Source: Euglena gracilis (Eukaryota). From it: a stretch of 64,000 nt of DNA. Below, piece after piece: positions 23,953 through 37,800 of this stretch. The stretch lies in NCBI GenBank assembly GCA_039621445.1, contig CP154954.1:28638417-28702416 (forward strand), in the 5' to 3' direction. The stretch's first letter is position 1. Each line of letters opens with the position of its first letter. Made by a program: the position numbers and the translations under genes. The notes below the pieces were generated by a model. The model did not search any database and was not told the origin of the DNA. It saw nothing but the letters and a program-made list of their open reading frames with translations.

Positions 23953-24725
23953 AAAAAATACACGCCCAGTATGATCTTTCTCGAAATACTTCCACACAAA
24001 GGATTCTGCCATCGAAAAGACTGCGACATCGAAGTTGAAGTCCTCGGAGATCGGGCTTATGACAGTTCAAAGGTATTTTTGGCACAGTGGTATGATACCT
24101 GCCTCAAAGGGGCAAAAAAAAGCCAAAGAAAGTTTGATTCAGACTGAGGGTACTGTTTTTCTAAGTGGAAAGTTTAGGGTTGTTGAAGGAGTAGGGTTAG
24201 AAGTAGGCCGAAATTTAGGCCCACTTCAGCCTAACATCTTAAAAACAGCACCAAAGTTGGGGCCATCCTGGTGAAGCCAGGCTTAACGGAAAATTTTTTG
24301 ATGCAGATCGCTGAAAATGGTGTTTTTGAAGGTGTTCTGGGGATTTCGACCAGCATTCCGCCTTGGAAAAAGGTGCTGGCTGGCTCCCACGAGGCTTACA
24401 GCTGAAATACACAATTGTTGCATCCTTTTTGTTGGCCGCCACAAGGGAAAATTTCCTGCCCCCTTGTGCTGTTGGTAGTCAGCAAGATAGCGAAAGGGGA
24501 ACGAACGGCTCACGTTGAACATATGACGCAGGGGAACGAAGTGCTGCCGAATATATGCTGTAACGTTTTGGCGGCGCGGCTGGTCTGGTGAAGAGAGTTA
24601 GGAAAATACAATGCATCGCGCCAAGATTTCAACATATTCGCGTAGTTGGGTGGGTGTCCGCACTTGGACCCCAACCCCGAGAGCCAACGATTGCTCACCC
24701 CTGCTTCCTTCGCTTCCGCCTCTTG

Positions 24726-25165
24726 AAAAAACACGTCACAGCGGTGGTGGCAGACCCAGATATCACGTGCCACGGTGGACGGCGTGCTGAACCGAACCTT
24801 GCCGAGAGACCAGGCCCGCCTGATGGAACAGGCCCATGGTGTCGGTCATGGATGGATGGCAGTGGCACCCCACGAGGCCCTCTTTCACACGACGATTGAT
24901 GCTGAAGACTACCGCATCGGGCTGAAATGGTGGTTGGGGCTGCCACTGGCAGACTCAACCGGCACGTGCGCAGGATGCCAGAGCGTCACTGACGTCCACG
25001 GTGACCACGAGATGTGCTGCATCCGGAATAATTTTGCCAACAGACACAACGCCGTCCAGGACGCTTCATTCAACCTCTTGTCCACAAACGGCCAAAGTGT
25101 CCAGCGTGAGGTTCCGGTACCCAATCAACCAGACACCTCTCTACGGTCCGCCGACCTGCTGCTGG
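24726..25165 (+). mobile_element. Relic of an RLE-type (CRE/SLACS-like) non-LTR retrotransposon, C-terminal zinc-knuckle/endonuclease region
   Basis: DQARL...GWMAVAP...YRIGLKWWLGLPL...CAGC...DVHGDHEMCC...RHNAVQD...REVPVP...LRSADLLL matches the CxxC-H-C, RHN and RPAD layout of restriction-like-endonuclease retroelements. No RT domain seen. Confidence 0.8.
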
Positions 25166-25583
25166 CCACAGAGCTGTTTCACAGAGTACATGGGGGTATG
25201 TGCAGCCCATGGGGTGCAGCACGCCACGTTGGACGAATGTTTTTTTGGGGTGGGCACGCTGGTGTATTGATCCTCGGGAGTTGTACTCAACTCCTCAGTA
25301 GCAGTTGGCATGCGTTGCTGTACGTACAGAGAGGGTTGGCACCAATTTTCGTGTTCGTTCCATGCCAATTTCGTCCTTTCGTACGTACCTGAATTCCCTT
25401 GTGTTTGAATACAAGGTGTCAGATCGCAACGGCCCACCAATTGTGGCCTCCACCTAGCCTTCTTTGCCCCTCTGGCAGCGAAGGCTTTGGACGAGAAAGC
25501 TGCTGGATGGAAGGGACCCATTCTCCTTGTTGGTGATCATCCCTCTCACGGTCTCAGTAATCACACATTTTTTTCACATTTCA

Positions 25584-25962
25584 CAGTGAACACGGTTTTC
25601 CGGCAGAAAACCGTGTTTTCTGGCACGTGTACGGTGCCAGAAAACGTGTTTAGAACACGGTTTTCTCACAGAAAAACCTGAGCTCTTATCTGCTGAGAAA
25701 ATTCTCACAGAAAACCGTGTTCTGAACGCGTGTACGGTGTCAAAAACCGTGTTCAGAACACGGTTTTGTTCAGAACACGAGCTCTTATCCGCTGAGAAAA
25801 TTCTCACAGAAAACCGTGTTCTGAACGCGTGTACGGTGTCAAAAACCGTGTTCAGAACACGGTTTTTGGCACAGAAAACCGTGTTCGTCCACGTGCACGG
25901 CGTCAAAAAACGTGTTCAGAACACGTTTTTTGCTGTACACGTGAACTGAACACGGTTTTCCA
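25584..25962. repeat. Array of AACACGGTTTT / AAAACCGTGTT inverted units with a ~100-bp tandem duplication
   Basis: Seen directly; 25680-25770 is nearly identical to 25779-25868. Confidence 0.8.
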
Positions 25963-26220
25963 CGACGCTGTACATCGTGGACCCCCCCCCCCGCGTCCCC
26001 CCCGCGTCCCACTTTGGAACCAAAATTTTGTTCTCGAGACAGCCAAATTTAGAAGGCTGATTCCTAATTTCAGGCAAATTTGAGGTTGGTGATTCCTAAT
26101 TTTGAGGTTTTCCCCAAATTTGAGGTTGGTGATTCCTAATTTGGTGTGGGTGATTCCTAACGTGACCCCCCCCTGTATGTCACCAGGGTGTGACGTAGAG
26201 CTGAGCTCTTTGGGAGACCA

Positions 26221-26560
26221 CCCCGGCCCGGCCCGGCCTGCCATCGGCCCGGCGGCCTGGCCCGGCCCGGCCTGGCGGCCCGGCCCGCCGGCGGCCCGGC
26301 AGCCCGGCCCGGCCGGCAGCCCGGCGGCCCGGCCCGGCCCGGCCGGCGGCCCGGCGCCCGCCCGGCCGGCGCCGGCCCGGCCCGGCCGGTGGCCCGGCGG
26401 CCCGGCCCGGCCCGGCCCGGCCCGGCCCGGCGGCCTGGCGGCCCGGCGGCCTGGCGGCCCTCCCGGCGGCCTGGCGGCCCGGCGGCATGGGCGGCCCGGC
26501 CCGCCCTTCCCGGCCGCGGCCCGGCGGCCCGGCCTGGCCCGGCGGCCCGGCCGGCGGCCC
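26221..26560. repeat. Near-pure GC low-complexity tract (GGCCC/GGC units)
   Basis: Seen directly. Confidence 0.95.
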
Positions 26561-28804
26561 AAAACGGGGCGCTGGCGGATCGAAGAACGCTCATTTTTGG
26601 CACAAAAACCGTTTTTCTGGGTCCAGGAGGCCAAAAAACATCGTTGCCAAAAAATTTTTTCGATTTTTTTTCAACTTTTTCGACCCGGTTTTGACCCAAA
26701 GTCAATGGGTCGGCGGCCCAAAACGGGGCGCCGGCGGGTCGGAAAACGCTCGTTTTCGGCTCAAAAACAGTTTTTCTGGGTCCGGGAGGCCAAAAAACAT
26801 CGTTTCGGGCAAAAAAAAATTCGATTTTTTTTCGACTTTTTTGGCCGAAAATGGCTAAGTCAAACAGTGGAAAAGTGTACAAAATGGCCTAAAATAGCCT
26901 AAATTGGCCAAAAAAACGCCCGCATCTCGGGATGGGCGTGCAGTTGCGGGGAAACCAAAATCCCAGTGTAGAGCGTTCCAAGGGCTTCAATTTAGGTCTC
27001 CGGGACATTTCCTTTGATTTTGCATCATTTTCGAGAAATTTTGAAAACATCGATTTTTGACCCCCCACCCCCCAAAAACGGCTAAGTCGAACAGAGGGAA
27101 AAGTGTACAAAACGGCCATCCGGGCCGAAAACGGCCGTATCTCGAGCCAGGCGGGGAGTTGCGGGGAAATCAAAATACCGGTAGATGGGGCGTTCCAAGG
27201 ACTTCAAATCATTTCCTTTGACTTGGCTTCATTTTGGAGATATTTTGAAAATTGACATTTTTTTGACCGAAATGGCAGAGTCCAAAGGGGGGGGGGGCTT
27301 ACCCAGGGGGGGCGGGTAAATCCTACCGAGTTTGGACCCCTTCGCGCGTGAATAACTCGGGCCTGGCGGGGAGTTGGGGGTCAAACCCGGGTGATTCGGA
27401 AACTAGGAATCCAGTCACTCGCGACTGAAAAAAAATTCCAGGAACCGGGCCGGGATCATGGTGATAATCCGTCCGTTCCCGAGGTGGCCCCGACCCGGGG
27501 GGGGGGGGGGGGGGGGGGGGCGGGGGGGGGGGGGGGGGGGTCGAGGTGGGAGGTTTCGCCGGTGGTAAGCTTCGCTCTTACCCATAAAGGGATAAGAGCT
27601 CAGAATTTTTCTGATAAGATAATGTTCAGAACACGGTTTTCTCTGGGGTTAACCATGGACCATAGACAGGTAGGGTAAATTGAGTAACCCCCCCCCTAAT
27701 TGTCACCCCCCCTAATTGTCGCCAGGGGGGTCAAAACGCTCCCAGGGGGGTGCCATTTAGGGGGGGGTCACGTTAATTTGTGGTGGGTGATTCCTAATTT
27801 GGGGTGGGTTTGTCCTAATTTGTTGTGGTAGAATCCCAATTTGGCGAAAAATTTCTCGCAGCAAATTCCTAATTTCACCGTCACAGAAAATGGCGTCTCC
27901 CCCGCGTCCCCCCCCCCCCCCCCCCCCCCCCCCCCGCGTCCCCCCCGCGTCCCAGACACCCCCTCTGTTGCCTGGGGAAAAGTAATCATGGTTGGCTAGG
28001 GTATTCCAAGGGCTTCATTTTTACTCTCCGGACATTTTCTTTGATTTTGCTTCATTGTCGAGATATTTTGAAGAAAATCGATTTTTTTTTGACCGAAAAA
28101 CAGCCCAAAAACATCCCAAATGGCCGTTTTGGGCTGCAAAAGCGCGCCGGAACACGGGCCAGGCGTGTCGGCGGCCAAAACAGCGAACGGGGGTCAATAG
28201 AGGGCCTCCGGGGGTACATTTTGTCATACCGACATTTCCGGAGATGATGTACGTTTTCTCGAGATATTTTCGAAAAATCGATTTTTTGACTGATTTTTGG
28301 ACCCTGGCGAAATGGCAGAGTCGGAAGAGGGGGTGGCCAATCCTACCCAGTTTGGACCCCTTCACATGTGAATAACTCAGGCCTAGTGGGGAGTTAGGGG
28401 TCAAACGGAGGTGATTCAAAAACTAGAAATCCAGTCGCTCGCAATTGAAAAAAAAATTCCGAGAACGGAGCCGGGATCATGGTGATAATCCGCCGGTTCC
28501 CGAGGTGGCCCCGAGGGAGTGAGGGAGGGGGGGGGGCGGGGGAGAGGGGGGGGTTAGACCCTCCCTTTCCCCAGGTAAGCTTCGCTCTTACCCATAAAGC
28601 GATAAGAGCTTGGGAGGGGAGCGACAATTAGGGGGGGGTGACATACGGGCTGGGGTCACGTTAACCCTGGTTTATCGCTTGATGATTAATTTTCCAACTT
28701 TCTCAGCATTCTCCTTCTTGGCAGGGCACCAATGCTAAACTCCACTGGCTCGACATGGCTTTTCTCCTCCTGGTTTGGCTGGCGCCGAGGTTTCAGTCTT
28801 CATC

Positions 28805-31800
28805 ATGACGACATGGGTAAGTGCTGCAAATCAGAGAAGGAGAGTTTGTTGGCAAGCTCATTCCCATTGCTGGCGGCCGTTCTTACATCGTCAACACAGA
28901 TTCAGGTCTTCATTCAATCCTTCTCAACACATTTCTTTCCAGTAAACCCCCCCTCCCTAATAGAAGCACGGGTGCGTTTATAGCGGACTGTCGCCTCTGG
29001 CGGCGGGGGGTGTGCTTCTATTTGGACCCTGCCTGCCCGATTTTTGTCGATTTCCTTTAAAAATCTCATCAAAATGGGGGGTGCGCTTGTAGTGGACCGC
29101 CCTCTTCGACGGCGGGGGGGGTGCGCTTTTATTTGGACCCTGCGCTTTTAGCGGCCCCGCGCTTCTATTAGGGGGGGCGGGTTTACCCCTTTTTCACAGT
29201 GGGACCTCTCCATTGGACTCCCCTTTTCTCAATTAGTGGGGTTCAATTAAGGTCATTTTTGGACTTTCCGCAGAAAACTCCCCATTCTGGTGATTCTCTG
29301 AATAAAAATTGTGAGTATCACCCATATGCACATTATCACGTTATCCTCACCCCCCCCCATTTGGTTAATGCCCGGGCTCCATTTGCCAATTAGGGGGAGG
29401 GGCGAAAGTGTCCAAAAGGTTTGTCGACATGTGGTAATCATATCTGAGCAGCTTTTTGAGTGCCTTCGGCCAGAAATTGGTTGTTTTTAGGCAATCATTT
29501 CCCTTTGGCCAATTTTGGGGAATTTCTGAAATAGAACATCAGTAGCATAGCTGATATCTAAGGCCAGCTGCTGAAAGCCCTTGAACAGAGCTTTCAATTA
29601 AGGGGCAAAATGGCAGATGAGCAGTGGACTTTGGAATTTGTGAAGGCTGATTGGAACACGCTTTTCAGAGCGCTTTGCAGTGTGGAGTTCTGAGGGTTCG
29701 AAGCGAAAGGTATTGGTGAGAGCTTTCGATTGATATGCTAAATAGTATTTGAGCTGGGATTTAACAAATTAATACCATGCCCCCCCCCCCCGAGCTGTCC
29801 CCCCCCCCCCCGAGCTCCCATAGGGGGGACGGGAATAGCTCGCTGTCATAGCACTTTTTACAAACTTCCCAAAAAAGTGCTCAAGAATCGACGTTTTTGG
29901 GACGTTTTCAAAAATCGCTTTTTGACAAATGTGCACAAAATTGACCATTTTTTGCGAACATCCAAAAAAGTTGCCAAAAATGACCCCTTTTTGGGTTGCC
30001 CGAGGGTCGTGTATGGGAATAGCTCGGGGGGGGACCCAGGTCCCCCCCCCCCCCCGAGCTGTTCCCCCCGTACTGTTCCCATTGGGCCGTAAAGGGTCTC
30101 GGGGACGGGAATAGCTCGGGGGGTGGGCATGGTACGTCAATTTCTGGAATACAAGATTGCTGAAAATGAGAGCTCCATGCATTATAGTTAAATTCTGTGG
30201 CCATCTGTCAAAAGCCCTTCAGAAGAGCTTTTGATTGATGGGCAATATGGCAACAGAAGTGTGAAATCTACCAATTTTGCTCGGCGGCCAATTTGGGCCA
30301 AAGTCGCCCAAAAGTGTCCAAAACTTGGGTATTTGGGTCGAAATTGACCGTGATTCCTCAGACGCCGGTTCGGGCTGTGCCTGGGACACAGTTCTCGTTA
30401 TGGGTAATCTTGGACAGCCTGCTCGTGATCATCAGCACGTTATTTTGACACCCAAAAATCCTTGTAAATCGTGAACAAGCTGTTTACAAGTATCAGCGGT
30501 TATTTGGGGGGGGTCCAAGTATTGCCCTGCTAATCGTGAACCAGAAACCAACTCTGTAAAAATACCACAGCAGTATCCGGGATTGCGTTCAGGAAACCTG
30601 CTGGTCCTGGAAAAGGTGATATGGGCTTAAAGCCATGTTTTTGGGTAAGGAGGGCGTACATGGTTTAGGATGGGGGGTGTCCCCCCCCCCCCCCCCCCCC
30701 CCCCCTGGCCCGCAGGGGGCGGTCCGGACCACCCCCCCCACCTGCCAGGGGGGTCCGGACCGACCCTCGGGGGGGGGGGGGGTTCCCGGGACCCCCCCCC
30801 CAAGGGTCAATTTTTTCCTCCGGCGCTTTGCGCCGAAAATTTTTTGCATTTTTGGCACATTTTTGCCAAAAAAGTGCCCAAAATGGCACTTTTGGTCGTT
30901 TTGGGGGGGTCAAAAATTTTCGGCCCGGCGCTTTGCGCCGGGCCGAAATTTGGTAACCCAGACCGCACACCTGTTTAGGTGGGGGGGTCCCCCCCCCTCT
31001 CCTGGCCCGCAGGGCGGGGGGGTCCGGACTACCCCCCCACCTGTCCTTATATCGAACTCTGCCCCACCCCCCATTTTGAACCCCTGGCCACGCCAGTCCC
31101 CTATTTTACCCCCATCCCCCATTTCCAACCCCCTGGAGCTTCCCCAGTTTTTTTTGGCATTTTTCTTCGAAAAAGTCACCAAAACCGACAAAAATGCCCA
31201 AAGTTTGAAATTTCTAAATCGAAAAAAGCTACCATACAGTGCGGACAAAACTTACTGGAAACAAAAATTATGGAAAACCACACAATTTTCCCGTAATTTT
31301 TGTCCTGTAATTGTTGCCCAATAAACATTTACTTGGGGGATTCTAAGATCTAAAATCATTTCATTATCTGCATTTCGTTTTTAAAAGAAAAATCTTTGAA
31401 ACTTAACTTTGTTTCAACTCCTTTCCTTTTGGTGCAGCCCAAAGAGTTAGCATCTCTGTCCCATTTTGCTGCCAGCATGGACCATTTTCCCTGAACTTTT
31501 GAATTTTCATCACAAAGAATAAGATGGCTCTGGGTATAAGACAACAAAAGGAGCATTTTACCACCCCCCTCAAAAGTATTGCTTTCAAATTGTTTGTCCA
31601 TTGGCACCACAGCGGTCGGAAGTTCATGTCCATTGCACCTATGATAGTTTTTGGGGCTCGACAAACTGCGCATTAAAACACAATTGATTGCTGTTGACCT
31701 GCCGCTTGTGCCCACCGACCTTGCTCCAAAACCTGCACCCATTCCAACCGCTTTGCAGGGCCTGGCCCTGTGGAGGCAAAGTGTGGTCGACGGCTTCCTC

Positions 31801-34800
31801 CACCCCATCCAAGCCCGTACCGCGCCGGCAATCCAGCAGCTGCTGGCGCCCTGCGGGGCCCAGCTCCGGCACTGGTGTGCGCAGTCCCAGTTTGGCCGGC
31901 GGCCCGTCCAGCTGTCGTTGCTGCTGGTCCTTCCTTGGGCTTTCTCACTGTGGTTTCCGGCCATGGTGTTGGGGCTCGTCTTGCCCATGCCCGGGCGCTT
32001 GCCTCGTCGTGTGGAGTGGTTGATTGAGGCTCCACGGTTGTTCTCTTTCTAATAAGAGTCATGTCCAACGAACTTGTTTGAACGAGCAGGGAAACCAAGG
32101 GCCAATGAACGAGCCAAGTTTTCATGGAGAACAACGAAGGGATTTTGGGTCAGTCTTTTGTTTGTTTGTTTGTTTGTTTTGAAAGCCTCAAACCCGTCTG
32201 AGACTTGACCATAACTATGATATTTTCATTTTTTGAGGGTTTTCAAGGTTGACATGTTCTCCCCTGTGTTACCAATAATTTTTTCCCCCAATGATGCCCC
32301 CCCGACCAGGGAAATCTTCGACCCTGAAGGAGGTTCGGCCCCCCCCCCCCCCGGGTCCAACCCCCACCACGGCACGGCAAAATGGGCACCCCCCTCCCCC
32401 CCCGGTGGCCGAGCGTCCTCGTCAGACGTGCCGCGCCTCCGAATCTGAGCCACGAGGAATAAGGGGTTTCATGTCACAGAGACAAGAGAACCTTGAAATT
32501 TTTTCTCTTCCCCCCATATTTGCTCATCTTACCTGCATTTTTATTTTTATTTCCCCATTTTCGCGTGCATCGATGCAAATATATTTTGTCTTTGTGATAC
32601 AATTCTAATTGCATTTTCAGCATGCCTTGTTCAGTCCCCGTTGTAGTCCAGCCTTTTCCAATCTGGGTTGTTTGATTCCAACTCTTGCGAACACACAGGC
32701 CCAAGAGGATGCACGGACACAAGCAAGGTCCCGCATGCTTCAAGCCCTTGGAGCTGCAAATGCAGCTACCGTTGACTTCAAATTCACCAGCCTGCAAAAG
32801 CACTGTGCATTGTCGAGATAACCTATTCCTTGAAAATCCAAAATAACCCCAAGAAGCTCTCTTTCTCCAGTATTTTGTTTGTACTTTGCTTTTTTTTTGG
32901 ATTGACATATAAAAATCATTCTGAATAACAATAGATTTTTCATTTCTTTCTTTGGGCTTCTTTTCAAAAAATGAACGAAAATAATTCCTAATTGATATGC
33001 AACAACAAGGCAAAAATTATTGTGAAAGTATGGCAAAATAGTTACCTTCTTGTTTTTTTTGTACCTTTGCTATTATTTTCAAAAAAATAACAAAAAAAGC
33101 TATTGGAACGGAAATGTGTGCCTTTGATTTCGGCTTAATTGAACCAATGAAAATGTGGCAATCATTTATGATATGAGTTTTTTTTTGATTTTTGATTTGA
33201 TTTTTTGAAAATCCCCCCAGCCCGGACCAACCATTTCGTCAAGGGCTGGCTGGACCCAACTGGGTCCAGCCAGCCAGGGAATTTCTTCAGCCGGATCCCA
33301 CCCCGTCCGGGGGGGGGTGCAGCCAACCAGCACCTTTTTTTTTCTAGCCAGCACCCCCCCCCTTGTGTATACGTGCGTGCGTGCGCGCGTGCGCGCGCAT
33401 GTGTGTGTGTGGACCCCCCCCTGGGGGTCGAGTGGTACCCCCCCCCTATTGCCCCCCTCTTTGTTCCTGAGCCCCGGCCAACAGAGGATTTTTGACCGGG
33501 CCAATGGAATTCCTTTGCACATTCAAATTGCCTTCTGGGAGCAGGTTGTTGGGACAACAGGGGGGGAGTGGTTATGGAGATCTCACAGCCCGGCAAAGCC
33601 GGGCTGGACCAATCTTTTTTGAAAAAGGGGGGGGGTCAACAAACGGCCAAAAAACGGCTGCTTTTGGTATTGGATTTTCACCTCAATGGCTGAAACAAAT
33701 GCCAACCCAGCTGGATTTGGGATTTTTTTACATCTCTTTTTGGGTGCCAGCGGGGTCCAGCCTGGCAGCCAGCAGGAACCTCCCTGGACCCACCCTTGGG
33801 GGGGGGGAGGGTCCAGCTAGCACCTTTTTTTCCAGCTGGCCAGCTGGGGGGTCCTTAAGAAACACAATCCGCAATCATCACTTTGCAATGAAATGCAATC
33901 CTGCAATCAGCACCTTTCTTTTGTAGATGGCAGCCCCCCCAGGGTGTCCTTCTGAACAATGTTGCTCGGGCATGCTGCTGTCTCTGCCTCTCACCGCACC
34001 TTGTGCGATGGCGTGTGCCTTGTGGTGGGCGGTGCCTAAGGTTGTTCGCGTGTGCAGCATGAGGAAGCCCCCGCGTGTGCTTGCTCCTTAGGGTTTTCGC
34101 CCACAGCTGGCGTGGGGTCTATCACGTTGCCTTTTCCCTTTCCTCTGTGGAGGTGTATTAACCCCCCAATTAGAATCTCCCCCAAATAACAACCCCCCTC
34201 GGGTTTCTATATCTATTTCCATATCTTTTTGTATCTATGTCTACATTGATATCTATATCTATATCTATATCTCTATCTATATCTATATCTATATCTATAT
34301 CTATATCTATATCTATATCTATATCTATATCTATATCTATATCTATATCTATATCTATATCTATATCTATATCTATATCTATATCTATATCTATATCTAT
34401 ATCTCTATCTATATCTATATCTATATCTATATCTATATCTATATCAATATTTATATATATATCTGTATCTATATCTATATCCATAACTATGTCTATATCT
34501 ATATCTATATCTGGACACCCTCATTATTGAAGGTATAGGGTTAGGCGCGCACATGATAATTTGCGCTAATTGGCTGTGTTGCGCTAATTGGCTATGTTGC
34601 GCAACATAGCCAATTAGCGCAACATAGCCAATTAGCGCAAATTAGCATGTGCGCACCTAACCCTATACCTTCAAATAAAGGGTGTCCATCGCGGGGTGAA
34701 ATTTAGGACCCCCCGGGGGGGGGGTCTTATAGTTCCCACCTGCCATATATATACACACACACATACATATGATATGCAGACATAATAGATGCAGACATAT

Positions 34801-37800
34801 ACATAGATATTTTTATAGATATAGACATAGATATATAGATATAGATATAGATATAGATATAGATATAGACATAGATATAGATATAGGCATAGATATAGAT
34901 ATAGATATAGATATGGATATAGATATAGTTATAGATATAGATATAGATATAGATATAGATATAGATATAGATATAGATATAGATATAGATATAGATATAG
35001 ATATAGATATAGATATAGATATAGATATAGATATAGATATAGATATAGATATAGATATAGATATAGATATAGATATAGATATAGTTTAGGACCCCCCCCC
35101 TGGGGGGTCTTATAGTTTCCACCTTCTATATATATGTATATATATATACTCATACGTGCATGTATATCCCCAAAGGGGTCCAAAATTTCTTTGCGTTATT
35201 GAGAAGTGGGGGTTAGGGTTTGGAGTTCGGCCTAACTTGTACACCTGACACCCGTCTATAAGTCAGGCCAAGTTAGGCCCGACGCCCACCCCTTACCCTA
35301 TTCCATCTTTAACCCAAAGTTTGACCCCCCCCTGGAGATTTTACTTGGCCCCCCCCGGGGGGGGGGAGTAAAATCTTGCTGCCATATATATGTATATATA
35401 TGTATATATGTATATATATACATATATATATACATATATATATATATTATTTTTTTTTGTAAATGGAATGTCAGCCTGCTTTTTGTTTTTGGTTCATTTC
35501 CTTGGAGCTTTTCATTGTTCATTCTTTGGAGCAGATGCCGTTCCTCTGGTGAGAGAGAAACAGCCTGCATTGAAGGAACTCAACCCCAGACAGTTTTTTT
35601 CTTGATTCCAGAATGGCACAGATGACCACATTCCCCCACTGCGTTGCCACCGTTTACCTCGTTGTTGAGGCATTCCATTTTTTTTTTCACTTCACAAAAA
35701 TCCAATGGCTGGTCCCCAGGGCTTGGTAGGAAGTCGGAAAGGATTTTGAATGTGTGCATTGACATTGATGGCGCTTCTGAAAGGGGGCTCTGGTCTTGGT
35801 TTCTTTTGGCCTGGTCACCTGGAAGCCAGGCAATCCAAAATGGAAAACAGTGACTGCATCAAAAAAACAAGTCAAAGGATCAACCCAACAAATAGCGAAA
35901 TAAACATATTGATGAAATGGTTGGCCGCTGGTGCTGATAGAACCAAATTTTTTTTGCAAAGTAGTGCACGTGTGCGGAGGTGTCTTTGCGCCAAATTCTG
36001 CTTGCAAATTACCATTAAAGGTGGGTTTTTTCCTGCCTTTGGCCCACCTGGCCTTCCCATACAGCTCTGTCACCCCCCCCCAGGGTTTGATATAAGGAGG
36101 GCGTACATGGTTTAGGTGGGGGGTGTCCCCCCCAACCCCCCCCCCCCTCCTGGCCCGCAGGGGGGGTCCGGACCCCCCCCCCCACCTGCCAGGGGGGTCC
36201 AGACCGACCCTGGGGGGGGGTACCCGGGACCCCCCAAAAAGGGTTCATTTTTTTTCCTCCAGCGCTTTGCGCCGAAATTTTTTTTGCATTTTGGTAATTT
36301 TTTTGCCCCAAGAGTGCCCAAAATGGCACTTTTGGTCGTTTTGGGGCTTCGCGCCGGGCCGAAATTCGGTCACCCGGACCGCGCCACTGTTTAGGTGGGG
36401 GGGGTGTCCCCCCCCCCCCACCCCCCCCCCCCCCTCAGGGGTGGGGGTCCGGTCCCCCCCCCCACCTGTCCTTATATCGAACCCTGCCCCCCCCCCTCCA
36501 GTCCTGATGACCTTGGGACAAAATGGAGTGGCATATGGAAGCTTCGAAACGCTTTCAGTACCCTCCATCATTTATACTCTGTTGACTGCAGCTGCCTTGC
36601 TTGGGCAATGGTGCATTATTGCAACAATTTTTCTGCAGAAGTTTGTTTTTGAACCTTCAATTCTGAGAAATGGAAAGCGGACAAAAAATAAACCCAGCAA
36701 AAAATAATCATCTGTATTGAGTTAACATGTGCCATGCCAATGATTACCCCCCGATTGGCCCTCCGACCAAGACGAGGGCCAATCATGCAATCATGGGGGG
36801 TCAATTAGGGGGGGTCCCCCCAAAGCCCCCCAAAAACGTCAGCAGATGAAAATCCAGATCTCGAGGGTCAAATATGGGGGGAGGCGATCAAGGGGGGGGG
36901 CATGTGTGTTTGAGAATTACAATTTGCAGCCCCTACTACTTTCCTTGGGCATAACGCTGAGATGGTGGGAGGCCTGTTCATACCAGTGGGATAGGGTTTC
37001 ATGTCCCCAACATTTTAATGCCCAGGACTTTGGGAGGGTATGCAGATCTAATCCTCTTTTCTTGTCGTTATGGGATTATGACAAAAGAACGTGGGTTGAG
37101 ATATTGGACTGGCAAGGAATGATTGGCACCAAAGTAAAACTTTGACCTGAAATTTTCTCTCCTGGAAAAACGGGAAGGCCAAAGGCCAGGACAAGACCTT
37201 TCAGGAGTTTTTCTGGCTGATGTTTTGTGGTTTGGGTGGGTTAGTGGGTGGGATGGTTTTCTAAAGAAAATGAGTACAAGTATGATCTGGAGAAAAGTGC
37301 ACCGGAGGTCATTGAAGGTCAGCGAATCTGTGGTGAAGGTTCTGGTGTGCCACTGAGATCATCTGAGGAAAGGCCACAATTCTTATTGTTCAGGGGGGGG
37401 GAAAAATTGATATCCGCAATTTTTCCACAATTTCCGCAATTTTCCGCAATTTCCGCAATTTTCCGCAATTTTCCGCAATTTTTCCGCAATTTCCGCAATT
37501 TTTCCGCAATTTTTTCCCATTTTTTTTCCGCAGAATTTTTTTCTCACCACCGAAGATGGAAGATGCAATGAGTTCAAGCCATTCTTCAAATGGATCAATA
37601 GGTGTGCTATTGTGTTTTGTTGTTTTTTCCCCCTAGCTTACCAATTTTTCTCACAGGTGCACCACTGGTTACAGAATTGGGTGCGTCCCACCTGTGCAAA
37701 AAACATCAAGCGTGTTGATTTGTGCTCGCCTGCATCGACGTGGGTGTTGCGGTGTCCTGAACCTCACAATTGAAAAATTTCTAAGTCGCCTCAGACAGAA

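Noticed and set aside
25903-26902. Long Arg/Pro/Gly/Ala ORFs on both strands
   Set aside because: Artefact of the stop-free GC tract.
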